Assembly (NCBI GenBank): GCA_002011035.2
Contig: MTLY02000001.1
Location: 288,001-352,000, forward strand
Source: Candidatus Hecatella orcuttiae
GTDB lineage: Archaea > Thermoproteota > Bathyarchaeia > Hecatellales > Hecatellaceae
Direction of reading: 5' to 3'
DNA length: 64,000 nucleotides
The first letter of the stretch is position 1, and each line of letters opens with the position of its first letter. The position numbers were made by a program, and so were the translations under genes. Shown here piece after piece: positions 21,474-31,149 of this stretch. The notes beneath the pieces are model-generated. The model had not been told where the DNA came from. It did not search any database and was given only the letters and a program-made list of their open reading frames with translations.

Positions 21474-22487
21474 ATGCCCTGCACGGTTACCGTCGGAGGC
21501 TTTTGGGGAGACGAAGGCAAAGGCAAAATCCTGTCCTACTTGGCGGTGAAAGACCAAGTCAAATGGGGGGTCAGAGGCGGCGTAGGCCCTAACGCTGGGC
21601 ACACCGTCATTTACAAGGGCAGAACATTGAAGCTTCGGATGCTTCCCAGCGCCGTCGTCAACCCGAACACGCAGCTTGGAATAGGAGCAGGGGTGCTGGT
21701 GAACCCCCGTTTGCTACTGAGCGAAGTGGAAATGACAGGCTGTCACGGACGCCTCCTCCTCGACCGCCAGTGTGCTATCATCGAAGATCGACATGTGGAA
21801 GCTGACAAGGCTTCAGCGCATCTATCCGGGAAGATCGGAACCACGGGAACGGGAACAGGACCTTGTAACGTGGAAAGGGTTCAGAGGACGGTTAAAATCG
21901 CCGAGGAACACTCTGAACTTAAGGCTTACTTGGGTGACGTGGCTGGGGAAGTAAACGAAGCGCTGGATAGGGGAGAAAAAGTCTTGGTGGAAGGAACTCA
22001 GGGGACTTTTCTCTCTCTCTACCATGGAACCTATCCGTATGTCACGTCCAAAGACGTTACAGCCTCCTCCATCTGCGCCGACGTAGGCATCGGACCTACC
22101 CGAGTAGATGAGGTTTTAGTGGTGTTCAAAGCCTACGTCACCCGAGTTGGAGGAGGGTTCTTACCCGGCGAGCTTCCTCCTTCGGAGGCAGAGAAAAGAG
22201 GCTGGAGCGAAACAGCCACGGTAACCGGTCGAACAAGGAGAGTAGCGCCTTTCAACGTTGAACTGGCTAAAAGGTCGGTGAAGCTGAATGGAGCAACTCA
22301 GATCGCCTTGACCAAAATGGACGCCCTTTACCCTGAATGCCGGGGGGCTAAAAAACTGGACCAAGTGCCTCTGGAGGGAAGGAGATTTCTCCAGAAAATC
22401 GAAGACCTACTAGGCGTGCCTGTTACCCTTGTGGGGACAGGCCCTGACCTCGAAGATGTTATCGACCTCAGAAAAGGCCGAATTTAA
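21474..22487 (+). CDS. purA: Adenylosuccinate synthetase (short archaeal type)
   Basis: WGDEGKGK, GPNAGHT, EGTQG, YPYVTS. Confidence 0.96.
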   Translation: MPCTVTVGGFWGDEGKGKILSYLAVKDQVKWGVRGGVGPNAGHTVIYKGRTLKLRMLPSAVVNPNTQLGIGAGVLVNPRLLLSEVEMTGCHGRLLLDRQCAIIEDRHVEADKASAHLSGKIGTTGTGTGPCNVERVQRTVKIAEEHSELKAYLGDVAGEVNEALDRGEKVLVEGTQGTFLSLYHGTYPYVTSKDVTASSICADVGIGPTRVDEVLVVFKAYVTRVGGGFLPGELPPSEAEKRGWSETATVTGRTRRVAPFNVELAKRSVKLNGATQIALTKMDALYPECRGAKKLDQVPLEGRRFLQKIEDLLGVPVTLVGTGPDLEDVIDLRKGRI

Positions 22488-22870
22488 ACAGGAGGGCTTC
22501 TTCCTTCTTCTCTTTTAACCTGCTCTTGCGAAGCAAGAAGGTAGCGCTTAGCAGCCCACAGTTTTTCAGAAACCTGTCCTCGACCTTCAGAGGCATCGCA
22601 GAGTTCCAAAGCTTCTTGGAGGAGGGTCTGCGCTCTAACCACGCACTCCGCAGGGTTCTGTTTTTCATCTTCGCAGTTCAGGTTCTCTGGTTTTAGGTAA
22701 ATTGGTTCTCCGTCGATTTCCAGTAGGAAGAGGGCATATTCGACTTCCGATGACGCCTCCCAGATTTTCAGCTCCGCCTTCGAGGGTGTTCTTTGGATAT
22801 AGTCCTCCAAGGATGACTCCAGTTCCTTCAAGGCTTTTTCGATGGATGTTTTGACTTCTGGGGAAGCCAT
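22484..22870 (-). CDS. Hypothetical helical protein
   Basis: 128-aa ORF filling the gap between purA and the VTT gene; no recognised motif. Confidence 0.55.
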   Translation of the reverse strand: MASPEVKTSIEKALKELESSLEDYIQRTPSKAELKIWEASSEVEYALFLLEIDGEPIYLKPENLNCEDEKQNPAECVVRAQTLLQEALELCDASEGRGQVSEKLWAAKRYLLASQEQVKREEGRSPPV

Positions 22871-22940
22871 GGAAAAGTCGCCGTTTTCCTTTGCCGGCTA
22901 CTCCCATAATGTAATAGGGTCTTTCAGTTAAATTTTTGCC

Positions 22941-23591
22941 TCAGCGGGAAAAATTGGTGTTGAGGGTTGTCCGGATGAGAGTTTCGTATTTTTCCAGAAC
23001 TTTTTCCCAGTCGATTTTCCATATTACGAAAACAGTTACTAGGAGAGCGGCGAAAGTTATGACCGTGAAAACAAGTGTGGTAACTGGGCCGCCTCCTCCC
23101 ACCAGAGAGCTTGCGATTCCGCCTAAATATTTACCTCCAAACACCAGCATGTAGAACATGGCCAGTTTACCTATGATGCAGGGAATGAAGGCTCTGAGGA
23201 AATTGAAGTGAAGAAGACCGAGGGGAACAAAGAGAATATCGTCGGGCAGAGGGGTGAGAGCAAAGAGAAATATCAGAAGAGGCCAGATGTTTTTATGCCT
23301 CATCAGTATTTTCAACATGGCGTCGAACTTTCTCTTCCGCTTTTCACTGACCACATGTTTCGCTGCGTAGCCTAGGATATAGCCGGAGAGCTCCCCCACA
23401 GCGGAACCCAGTCCCGCCACCGCGGCGAGCATGTAGGGGTTGATGGGCATATTGAGGCCTAGCCACAAGATCACCACCGTATAGGGGATGGGGATGATCA
23501 CCGAGGAGGCGCCTATGAAGCTTATCAGAAACACTCCTACGAAGCCCAGCTGCCTAGCGAGATCCCATAGAAGCTGTTCAACGCCGACCAA
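22941..23591 (-). CDS. VTT/DedA (SNARE-associated) membrane protein
   Basis: GSAVGELSGYILG and TPLPDD motifs; TM helices. Confidence 0.82.
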   Translation of the reverse strand: MVGVEQLLWDLARQLGFVGVFLISFIGASSVIIPIPYTVVILWLGLNMPINPYMLAAVAGLGSAVGELSGYILGYAAKHVVSEKRKRKFDAMLKILMRHKNIWPLLIFLFALTPLPDDILFVPLGLLHFNFLRAFIPCIIGKLAMFYMLVFGGKYLGGIASSLVGGGGPVTTLVFTVITFAALLVTVFVIWKIDWEKVLEKYETLIRTTLNTNFSR

Positions 23592-23728
23592 TCAGTTCAC
23601 TTCTATGCTAGTATGAGATTTAACAATATAAATCTAAATCCGCATCACCTCACCCCTTATGCCGGAAAAGATGGTCATCTGTTAGAAAAACACATTTCGA
23701 CCTTTAAACCACAACCATCGACAGCCTT

Positions 23729-24703
23729 TTAGTAAAAGAATTTTGCCAGTTGGAATAGGTAAACGACGTAGAGGCTTAATAGAAGGAGGCCTTTCCACCT
23801 TGTCAGCTCATATCGGTGCCGCATTAACAGCAACATCACCGCAACCACCAGAAGCATCCACGGATAGGCGAACTCGATGGTTTTAGGGTCCACTTTTATC
23901 GGGTTTACCAAGGCTGAGACGCCTATTATCCACAAGATGTTCAAAACATCAGCGCCGAGGATGTTTCCTACGGCTATTTCGCCTTTGCCTTTACGGGCTG
24001 AAACCACGGCGGTGCTTATCTCCGGCAGGGAGGTCCCTAGGGCGATGACCGTTAACCCTATAACCACTTCAGGTATCCCGAAATATTCAGCTATGGAAAG
24101 CCCTGACCACACCACCAGCCTAGCTGAAACTATAACGCCGCCGGCGCCTGTGAGAAACAGGAGTAAAACCCTTCGAAAGGTGACCTTTCGAGCCTCAACG
24201 TAGCCTTCCGTGTTTAGGTGGCTTTTCCTCTGCTGAGCCCCGGTTTTTATGAGGTAAAGATAATATCCAACCAGCAGAGACGCCAACACCAAACCTTCAA
24301 CTCTCGTAACCGAGGCGTCTAGGGCCAAGAGGTAGGATAAAAGAGCTGAGAATATCAGGAAGACTCCGAATCTCTTCAACACTTGCTTGTCGATGGAAAT
24401 GCCGGCTATAATTGCAGCTAAAGCCAATGCGAAGGCGTCGTCGGCAACCACCGATCCTACAGCGTTGCCCAAGGCTACCTCAGGATGCCCTAAGTAGGCT
24501 GCCTGCACGGAGACAGCGAACTCCGGGGAAGTTGTGAGAAATCCCATGAGCACTATGCCAATGAAGATTCGGGGAAGTCCGAGTTTGTCCGCTAACCCCG
24601 CAGCCCCATCGACAAAAAAGTCTGCACTTTTAAGCAAAAAAATAAAAGCTGAGATAAAGACGGTAAAGGAAATGAGGGGTGCTTCCGTCAAATCCGCCGA
24701 CAA
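23729..24703 (-). CDS. Ca2+/Na+ antiporter (CaCA, YrbG-like)
   Basis: Alpha repeats TTSPE...GNAVGS and GTSLPE...GNILG. Confidence 0.9.
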   Translation of the reverse strand: MSADLTEAPLISFTVFISAFIFLLKSADFFVDGAAGLADKLGLPRIFIGIVLMGFLTTSPEFAVSVQAAYLGHPEVALGNAVGSVVADDAFALALAAIIAGISIDKQVLKRFGVFLIFSALLSYLLALDASVTRVEGLVLASLLVGYYLYLIKTGAQQRKSHLNTEGYVEARKVTFRRVLLLFLTGAGGVIVSARLVVWSGLSIAEYFGIPEVVIGLTVIALGTSLPEISTAVVSARKGKGEIAVGNILGADVLNILWIIGVSALVNPIKVDPKTIEFAYPWMLLVVAVMLLLMRHRYELTRWKGLLLLSLYVVYLFQLAKFFY

Positions 24704-24712
24704 CCCAGCTGG

Positions 24713-25960
24713 TTATACGCCGAACTTTTTCAGTCTTCCAACCAGATTCATGAGAATGGGCATAAGGTCTTTACCTCGAATCCTGCCTAGCCCTCCCTTG
24801 GCGCAGGCCTTCTCTGAGAACTGGTTGACATCGTCTGCCAGCACCCCCCAGCCGGCTATGGTTAGGGGAACAGGGTCTCCGGAGTGGTTCCGCATGGATA
24901 GAGGCGTTGTATGGTCAGATGTCAAAGCTATCACAGTCTCTTCCAAGTTTAGGTTGTTTAACAGAAATTTCACCATGGAATCTAGCTTTTTAACCATGGC
25001 CATTTTCCCCTCTAGGTTTCCGTCGTGGCTGGCGTTGTCTGCTCCCTTCACGTGGAGAAAGAAAAAGTCGAAGTTCTGAAAGTTCTCCACCAGCTTCTTA
25101 GCCTTAGCTATTACGTCTGTTTCCAGTGTTCCCGTCGCACCTTCGACGTTGAGAAGCTCCATTCCAGCCGCTGCGCTTACCCCTCTGACTAGGGCGGTGA
25201 CGGCTATGCATGCGGCTTTCACGTTGAAAAGCCGTGTCATGGGAGTTATGGGCGGTAGAATGCCTGCTCCCCTGAAAAGGACGCAGTTGGCAGGTTTTGC
25301 ACCCTTCTCCGCGAGTTCCCTATTCAGCGGATGCTCTCTCAGTATTTGATGAATTTTTTTCGTCAGACGGTTGAGGATGCCGGCTGTTTTCAGTGCTTCA
25401 GGACTCTGGTCTGTTGCTTTCACCTCCAAAACCTTGGAAGAGGTACGCCCCGGGTCAGAGTCGGTTACATTGCGGGAAAGTCCTTCCCCCCTCAGGATTA
25501 GGGCTCCTCGGTGTTCGGTGGTGTGAAGGAAGGAAACCTTCACGTCCGGATATTCAGGTAGGGAAAGATTTTGAAGTTGGGGGGCCAGTTGAGCGGCTAG
25601 TTCGGTTCTTATTCTTCCCGCCCTCCGGTCTAAGACCGTCATGTCCTCGTCGACGGTGGCGAAGTTAACCCTGAAGGCCACATCACCCGGCTTCACCGGG
25701 AAACCTCCACCTAAAGCCTCCAGCGCCCCTCTGCCCCGGTAGACTTGGAAGGGGTCGTAGCCGAAGAGAGCCAAATGAGCGGTGTCACTGCCAGGAGGTA
25801 TCCCAGGGGATATTACATCCATGATCCCGTTGACCCCTAACTTGGCGAGTTCGTCCATGGAGGATTTATCCACAGCCTCCAGCGGGGTTCTTCCCTCCAG
25901 CTCCTTCACAGGCCTGTCGGCTAGGCCGTCGCAGACGATCAGCACTGCTTTGGGTTTCAT
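24713..25960 (-). CDS. apgM: 2,3-BPG-independent phosphoglycerate mutase (archaeal)
   Basis: DGLADRP, PGSDTAHL, DNASHDG, SDHTTP, HSGDPVP. Confidence 0.93.
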   Translation of the reverse strand: MKPKAVLIVCDGLADRPVKELEGRTPLEAVDKSSMDELAKLGVNGIMDVISPGIPPGSDTAHLALFGYDPFQVYRGRGALEALGGGFPVKPGDVAFRVNFATVDEDMTVLDRRAGRIRTELAAQLAPQLQNLSLPEYPDVKVSFLHTTEHRGALILRGEGLSRNVTDSDPGRTSSKVLEVKATDQSPEALKTAGILNRLTKKIHQILREHPLNRELAEKGAKPANCVLFRGAGILPPITPMTRLFNVKAACIAVTALVRGVSAAAGMELLNVEGATGTLETDVIAKAKKLVENFQNFDFFFLHVKGADNASHDGNLEGKMAMVKKLDSMVKFLLNNLNLEETVIALTSDHTTPLSMRNHSGDPVPLTIAGWGVLADDVNQFSEKACAKGGLGRIRGKDLMPILMNLVGRLKKFGV

Positions 25961-26065
25961 GCTAACCCAGCCTCCCCTTCTTTCAGCTTCATCTCTAAAA
26001 CCTCTTAAATACTGTGTTTCTCTCTAATTAAAATTGGTTTTGAAGAGGGCTCGGTGTAGGGGTTT

Positions 26066-27505
26066 ATGGCTGTGGAGAGAAAGCGATGGCAGAGGGAATT
26101 CGGAGACTGGTTTCACCAAGTTATTTGGGAGTCAGGGCTGATGGATTACCGCTACCCTGTGAAGGGTTGCGGGGTATGGCTTCCCTACGGTTTCAAGCTG
26201 AGAAACAACGTGCTAAACCTCATGCGGAGGCTGCTGGATGAGACAGGGCATGAGGAAACCCTCTTCCCCCTCATGATAACCTCCGACATGGTGAAGAAGG
26301 AAGCTATTCATGTGAAAAGCTTCGAAGACCAGCTTTTCTGGGTAACCAAGGCTGGAGACCGAAAGCTGGATGAAGAGCTCGCCCTCAGACCCACCAGTGA
26401 GACAGCCATATACCCTATGATGCAGCTTTGGATACGCTCCCACGCCGACCTCCCCAAGCGGGTCTACCAAGTGGTTAACACATTCCGCTATGAAACCAAG
26501 GCCACTAGGCCGCTGATCAGGGTTAGGGAAATCTCCACCTTCAAGGAGGCTCATACTTTTCACGCCACCTTCGAAGAGGCGGAAAGACAGGTGGAAGAGG
26601 CTGTGAGAATCTACAGCCAATTCTTCGACAGCCTCGCCATCCCCTACGTGGTCTCCAAGAGGCCGGAGTGGGACAAGTTCCCGGGAGCCCTCTATTCCAT
26701 AGCCTACGACACCGTTCTCCCCGACGGGAAGGTCCTGCAAATAGGAACCGTCCACAACCTAGCTCAAAACTTTTCCAAAGCCTTTGATATAACCTTCGAA
26801 AACGCTGAGGGCCTCAGGGAGTATGTCTGGCAGACTTGTTACGGAATCTCAGAAAGAGTCATCGCAGCCCTAATAGCCGTTCACGGAGATGATAAAGGGC
26901 TTATACTTCCCCCGGGGGTCGCTCCCATTCAGGCTGTTGTCATTCCCATACCCTATAAGAGCAAAGAAGCTGCCGTCACTGAAAAAAGCAGAGAAATCAA
27001 AAAAGTCTTGGAAAAAGCGGGCGTGAGAGTTTGGCTGGATGAGAGAGATAAACTGACTCCCGGCTCCAAGTTCTACGAATGGGAATTGAAAGGCGTGCCC
27101 CTTCGGATTGAAATTGGCCCAAGAGATCTAGAGTTCCGCAACCTCACATTGGTGAGAAGGGACACGATGGAAAAGTTTCAGGTACCTGAAGAAGAGGCAG
27201 CATCCAGAGTTTTGGAAACATTTTCCGAAATCCAGTCTTCACTTTCAAGAAAAGCATCCGAATGGTTGAGGCAAAGGATCCATCAGGCTGGGAACCCCGA
27301 GGAAGCCGTTGCTTTATTCCGTGAAAAACAGGGCATTGTTGAAGTGGGATGGTGCAGTAAAGAACGGTGCGGTTTGACTTGGGAGGAGGAAACCGGCCTC
27401 CAAGTGTTGGGAATTGCTTGGGGAGAGACCTCTTTAAATGGGGGCGTCTGCCCTATCTGCGGTGAAAAAGTTGGACGGGTTCTCAGGCTGGGAAAACCCT
27501 ATTAA
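26066..27505 (+). CDS. proS: Proline-tRNA ligase (archaeal/eukaryal type)
   Basis: RPTSET, FRYETK, QTCYGISER; C-terminal Zn module. Confidence 0.96.
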   Translation: MAVERKRWQREFGDWFHQVIWESGLMDYRYPVKGCGVWLPYGFKLRNNVLNLMRRLLDETGHEETLFPLMITSDMVKKEAIHVKSFEDQLFWVTKAGDRKLDEELALRPTSETAIYPMMQLWIRSHADLPKRVYQVVNTFRYETKATRPLIRVREISTFKEAHTFHATFEEAERQVEEAVRIYSQFFDSLAIPYVVSKRPEWDKFPGALYSIAYDTVLPDGKVLQIGTVHNLAQNFSKAFDITFENAEGLREYVWQTCYGISERVIAALIAVHGDDKGLILPPGVAPIQAVVIPIPYKSKEAAVTEKSREIKKVLEKAGVRVWLDERDKLTPGSKFYEWELKGVPLRIEIGPRDLEFRNLTLVRRDTMEKFQVPEEEAASRVLETFSEIQSSLSRKASEWLRQRIHQAGNPEEAVALFREKQGIVEVGWCSKERCGLTWEEETGLQVLGIAWGETSLNGGVCPICGEKVGRVLRLGKPY

Positions 27506-27545
27506 CTTGTCCGTGGCTTAAGCTTAACGGGAAGGTTTATGGCAA

Positions 27546-27821
27546 ATGGGGAAAAAAAGGAAAAGCAGAGGAAGGGGAAAAGGCGGTAAAGGAAGAAGTG
27601 AAATAGTTCAATGCGACAGCTGCGGAGGCATGGTACCTCGGGATAAAGTGAAAAAAGTCACCGCCTGGGTTTCCTTTGTAGACCCAGCTTTGAGTAAGGA
27701 GCTCAGAGCCCAAGGAGCCTTCATCCCCCGAGAAAGGGTGACTAAGTATTATTGCGTATCATGTGCTGTGCACCGGGGAGTAGTGAAGGTTAGGTCAAAG
27801 GCGGAAAGAAGGCAGACTTAG
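27546..27821 (+). CDS. rps26e: 30S ribosomal protein S26e
   Basis: VQCDSC...VPRDK...YCVSCAVH...VKVRS. Confidence 0.93.
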   Translation: MGKKRKSRGRGKGGKGRSEIVQCDSCGGMVPRDKVKKVTAWVSFVDPALSKELRAQGAFIPRERVTKYYCVSCAVHRGVVKVRSKAERRQT

Positions 27822-27848
27822 TATCCCTTAAACTCAGGTAAAGTTTTC

Positions 27849-27884
27849 TTCCGCTGAAATTATCAGCGGAAAACCTTTTTTTTT
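27849..27884 (+). terminator. Inverted repeat plus T-tract after rps26e
   Basis: TTCCGCTGA-AATTA-TCAGCGGAA followed by a run of 9 T; could alternatively be a PadR operator. Confidence 0.5.
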
Positions 27885-28221
27885 GGGGGGGGGTGGGCTG
27901 AAGCTGAGCGTCAAAAGGCTGAACGACAAACTTACTAAGGAAAACCTATGGATTTACATCCTCGCAGAACTGGTGAAACGGCCCATGTACGCCTACGAGG
28001 TTGCCAAAGCCGTCAAGCAGAAATACATGATCCCCGCTGCCACCGTTACAACCTACGTGGTCCTCTATAAGATGAAAAGGGAGGGGTTGATAGAGAAAAA
28101 GGAAAAGTCTTTTCCCCTCTCAAGGCCGGCGAGAAAATATTACGGGATCACCGAGAAAGGCCTTAGAGCCTTAGAGGAGGGAAAAAGGCTTCTGAGACAA
28201 ACCCTCGACGTTTTAGGTTAG
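27883..28221 (+). CDS. PadR-family transcriptional regulator (start uncertain)
   Basis: PMYAYEV, YVVLYKMKREGLI, RKYYGITEKG. Confidence 0.88.
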   Translation: MGGGGLKLSVKRLNDKLTKENLWIYILAELVKRPMYAYEVAKAVKQKYMIPAATVTTYVVLYKMKREGLIEKKEKSFPLSRPARKYYGITEKGLRALEEGKRLLRQTLDVLG

Positions 28222-29036
28222 CCTCTGCCAAGCGAGTAGCGCTGTCCTATTCTGGTGGCGGTGGTTTTGATTTCCACACCATTCTGGAGCGCCACGATCT
28301 CTATGAGCTCCTGAATACCTGAGGTCCTGATCTTCTGCTGCAGAATTTCCTCTATTTGAAACACACCAGCAGGGTTGCTCATCTTCACCAGAATTTTAAG
28401 CGGCCTATTTCCGCCTTTGCAGATCTCAACAGATTTGATGGATAAGGCTGAAAGAGAGTGAATGTCAACTTTTCCAATTTCATAGGGAACCCTCGCCCTC
28501 CCTTCAGCCATGTCAAGCCCATCGGCCACTTTGACTATTCCAGCTTCCACGCTTAGGCATTTCAGGTTTTCTTCACTTGAAAAAATGCAGTGAAGGATTT
28601 CCTGCTTTAACCGAAGCATCCGCTGCCGGTCTTTCTTATAAAGAACTGGAAGAAGCCTCTCCAAAACTCCCTCCGCTAATAGGCATCCGTGGATATGATG
28701 CAGCTCCCGGTGGACAGCGTTCCCTACATCGTGAAGGTAAGCTCCGCAGAGTGTGACCAGCTGGGAGTCCACGAGGTCGCCGTCTCCATCTTTAACAACC
28801 GACATGCTCACTTTCTCCGAGATGATGTCAGCGATTTCCAAGGCTGTTCCAGCCACAATCCTCGAGTGAACAGGCCCGTGGTCGTTGTACATCAGCCTCT
28901 TAACAGCCATGGTATTGGCCATGGAAAGATAGGTTTGAACGTCCGTGTCTTTTTCTAGGAGGTTAAACATCTTTCGCAGCTTGGGATTCTTCAAGTGCGA
29001 ATAGATAAGCTTGGAGGAAACCAGGACCACTCCCAC
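28218..29036 (-). CDS. HD-domain phosphohydrolase
   Basis: NDHGPVH, LHDVGN, VADGLD. Confidence 0.87.
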   Translation of the reverse strand: MGVVLVSSKLIYSHLKNPKLRKMFNLLEKDTDVQTYLSMANTMAVKRLMYNDHGPVHSRIVAGTALEIADIISEKVSMSVVKDGDGDLVDSQLVTLCGAYLHDVGNAVHRELHHIHGCLLAEGVLERLLPVLYKKDRQRMLRLKQEILHCIFSSEENLKCLSVEAGIVKVADGLDMAEGRARVPYEIGKVDIHSLSALSIKSVEICKGGNRPLKILVKMSNPAGVFQIEEILQQKIRTSGIQELIEIVALQNGVEIKTTATRIGQRYSLGRG

Positions 29037-29126
29037 TCACCTAACCTCAAAAAGAGAAAGCACCGTATTAATAGGTTGGGAGGCGGGAGCGACAGCGCTG
29101 GGGGAGCCCTCAAGGGAGGGTTTAGC

Positions 29127-30806
29127 TTAATAACCCCACCCCTTCAATCTTTCTCTGATGAGTTTCTCCTCCTCCGCAGACCAAACTTCCTCGGGTTGAT
29201 GTTCGTAGGCGGATTCCTTCTGAAGACGTACGTCTTCTTCGCTGACACCTTCGAGGATGTTTGTTAAAACTTGCCCATCCACATCATCAGGTATGGGTAA
29301 GCCCATGAGCTGCAGAACTGTAGGGAGCACGTCCACTGTTCTCACATCCACTTCAACCCCTTGTTTGACACCGTTTCCAGCCATCAGGAAAATTCCGTCT
29401 TCTACCGAAAGCGCTTCATGAGCGCCGGAGCGTATGGGGGAGGGCATGATCAGGGCTTCGGGGTTGGAAACGGGGGTCGCTCGGTCTGTGTGCTTCATGG
29501 TGAACACTAGGTCGCTGGCTTGGTCTACGAAGGGACCGGAGTAAATTTCCTCCCTCTTGTAAACTTTGTCCACCAAGTTTTCTCCGGTTTCCGGATCCTT
29601 CAGCTTGTACAGTTCGCTGATGATGTAGTCTCTCACTTTTTCGTATTCTTCCCCCGGATTTACAATGCCCTTCGGCTCTCTCCCCTTGAGGTTGATGTAG
29701 ATGTCAAAATAATTGCCACAGTAAGCCTTGGTTTTACTCCAATCCACATCTTTAATGTTGAAACTGGGGAGAATGGACATCAAAGCCTTCTTGGCAATGA
29801 AGTCCCTGAGGAATTTCATAAGCTTCCGGCTCTTAAGCAGAAAACCGTTTTTTGAAGATTGGAAGTAAAACAGCCGCTCCACATTACCTGGCCCAAGTTT
29901 GCGGGTTAGGGTGTAGGTGGACCGCGGCTTCAACTTAAGCAAGCCAAGGGACATCAGCCACTCGTCTAAGTAGAAAATACGATATTGAGGTTCAAATCCG
30001 TGGTCTGAAAGCGCAACTACAACAGTGTCTTCGTCCAGTTTTGCAACTATCTCGCCGATGATGCTGTCGATTTTCTGGTAGAAGGAGAGGACGGTGTCTC
30101 CGTACTCCTTCGCCTCCTCTGGGTTGTAGGAAGGATGGTTTGGGTCCATGTACTTCCAGAAAAAGTGCTGAATTCTGTCAAGAGCGGTGAAGACGATGAG
30201 GAAGAAATCCCAGTCGTAGCGTTCCATGAGGTATAAAGCTGTTTTCCCCCTGTTCTCCTCTATGGAACGCAGCTCCTCGATGAAGGAATCCCGGGTGGCC
30301 ATGTAGCCGCACAGCATCGGGTCAACTTCTTCCTTGTAGTCGCTGATTTCTTCCATGAGGCTCTTGGGGTACGCGGATGTTTGGCCCGGCGAGGGAATGC
30401 CTGAAATCATAAAGCCGTCGACTTTGTCAGGGGGGTATGTGGCTGGGAGGTTGACGATGCCAACTTTTCTTCCCGCCTCGTTGAGTATATTCCATATGGC
30501 CTTCGTCCTCCTCAGCTTTGAGTTGGCAATCTGCATGTCGTAGCCGCCTTCTCGCCGCTGCGTGAAATTGAAGATTCCGTGTTTCCCAGGGTTTTTTCCG
30601 GTTACGATGGAGGTCCAAGAAGTGGGGCTGCTTGGGGGGATCGTTGAAATAAGCCTACCGCCCACCCCTTTCGCTCTTATGCGGGATAGGTTGGGTAGTT
30701 TGCCTTCCCGCATCCACTGGCTAGTAAGCTTGTAGGAGGCTCCGTCCAAACCGAAAATGAAAACTTTTTTCCTTTTCTCTGAAGCGGCTCCAGCCTCCGA
30801 ACCCAT
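29127..30806 (-). CDS. Type I phosphodiesterase/nucleotide pyrophosphatase (alkaline phosphatase superfamily)
   Basis: GLDGA, TGKNPGKHGI, DRIQH, SDHG. Confidence 0.85.
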   Translation of the reverse strand: MGSEAGAASEKRKKVFIFGLDGASYKLTSQWMREGKLPNLSRIRAKGVGGRLISTIPPSSPTSWTSIVTGKNPGKHGIFNFTQRREGGYDMQIANSKLRRTKAIWNILNEAGRKVGIVNLPATYPPDKVDGFMISGIPSPGQTSAYPKSLMEEISDYKEEVDPMLCGYMATRDSFIEELRSIEENRGKTALYLMERYDWDFFLIVFTALDRIQHFFWKYMDPNHPSYNPEEAKEYGDTVLSFYQKIDSIIGEIVAKLDEDTVVVALSDHGFEPQYRIFYLDEWLMSLGLLKLKPRSTYTLTRKLGPGNVERLFYFQSSKNGFLLKSRKLMKFLRDFIAKKALMSILPSFNIKDVDWSKTKAYCGNYFDIYINLKGREPKGIVNPGEEYEKVRDYIISELYKLKDPETGENLVDKVYKREEIYSGPFVDQASDLVFTMKHTDRATPVSNPEALIMPSPIRSGAHEALSVEDGIFLMAGNGVKQGVEVDVRTVDVLPTVLQLMGLPIPDDVDGQVLTNILEGVSEEDVRLQKESAYEHQPEEVWSAEEEKLIRERLKGWGY

Positions 30807-31149
30807 AAAACATTATCACCCTTTTTCAATTATTAAATCATATCGATGTCCAGAGGAGGACAGCGGAAGAAAGCACAGATTTCCCACCTTCTAATCAAAT
30901 AAGAGGATAATTGGCATGAAAGCATAGACTATTCCCTATTTATCCTGATATTTAAAATTTTATCCGGTCAATATACTTAAAACAGTCGTATGGGCGGATA
31001 TCCCCGAGATAATTCTAAAGCTAGCCCGCCAGCCTATACTTTCGACCGTCTTCAGCCGGTTGCTAGTTTCTTTTAGGGTTTTTCGTCTGCCTTAAATCTT
31101 ATCAGTTCGACATCCTTTTCAGCTATTAAGGGTAAAAGGGGGGAGCTGC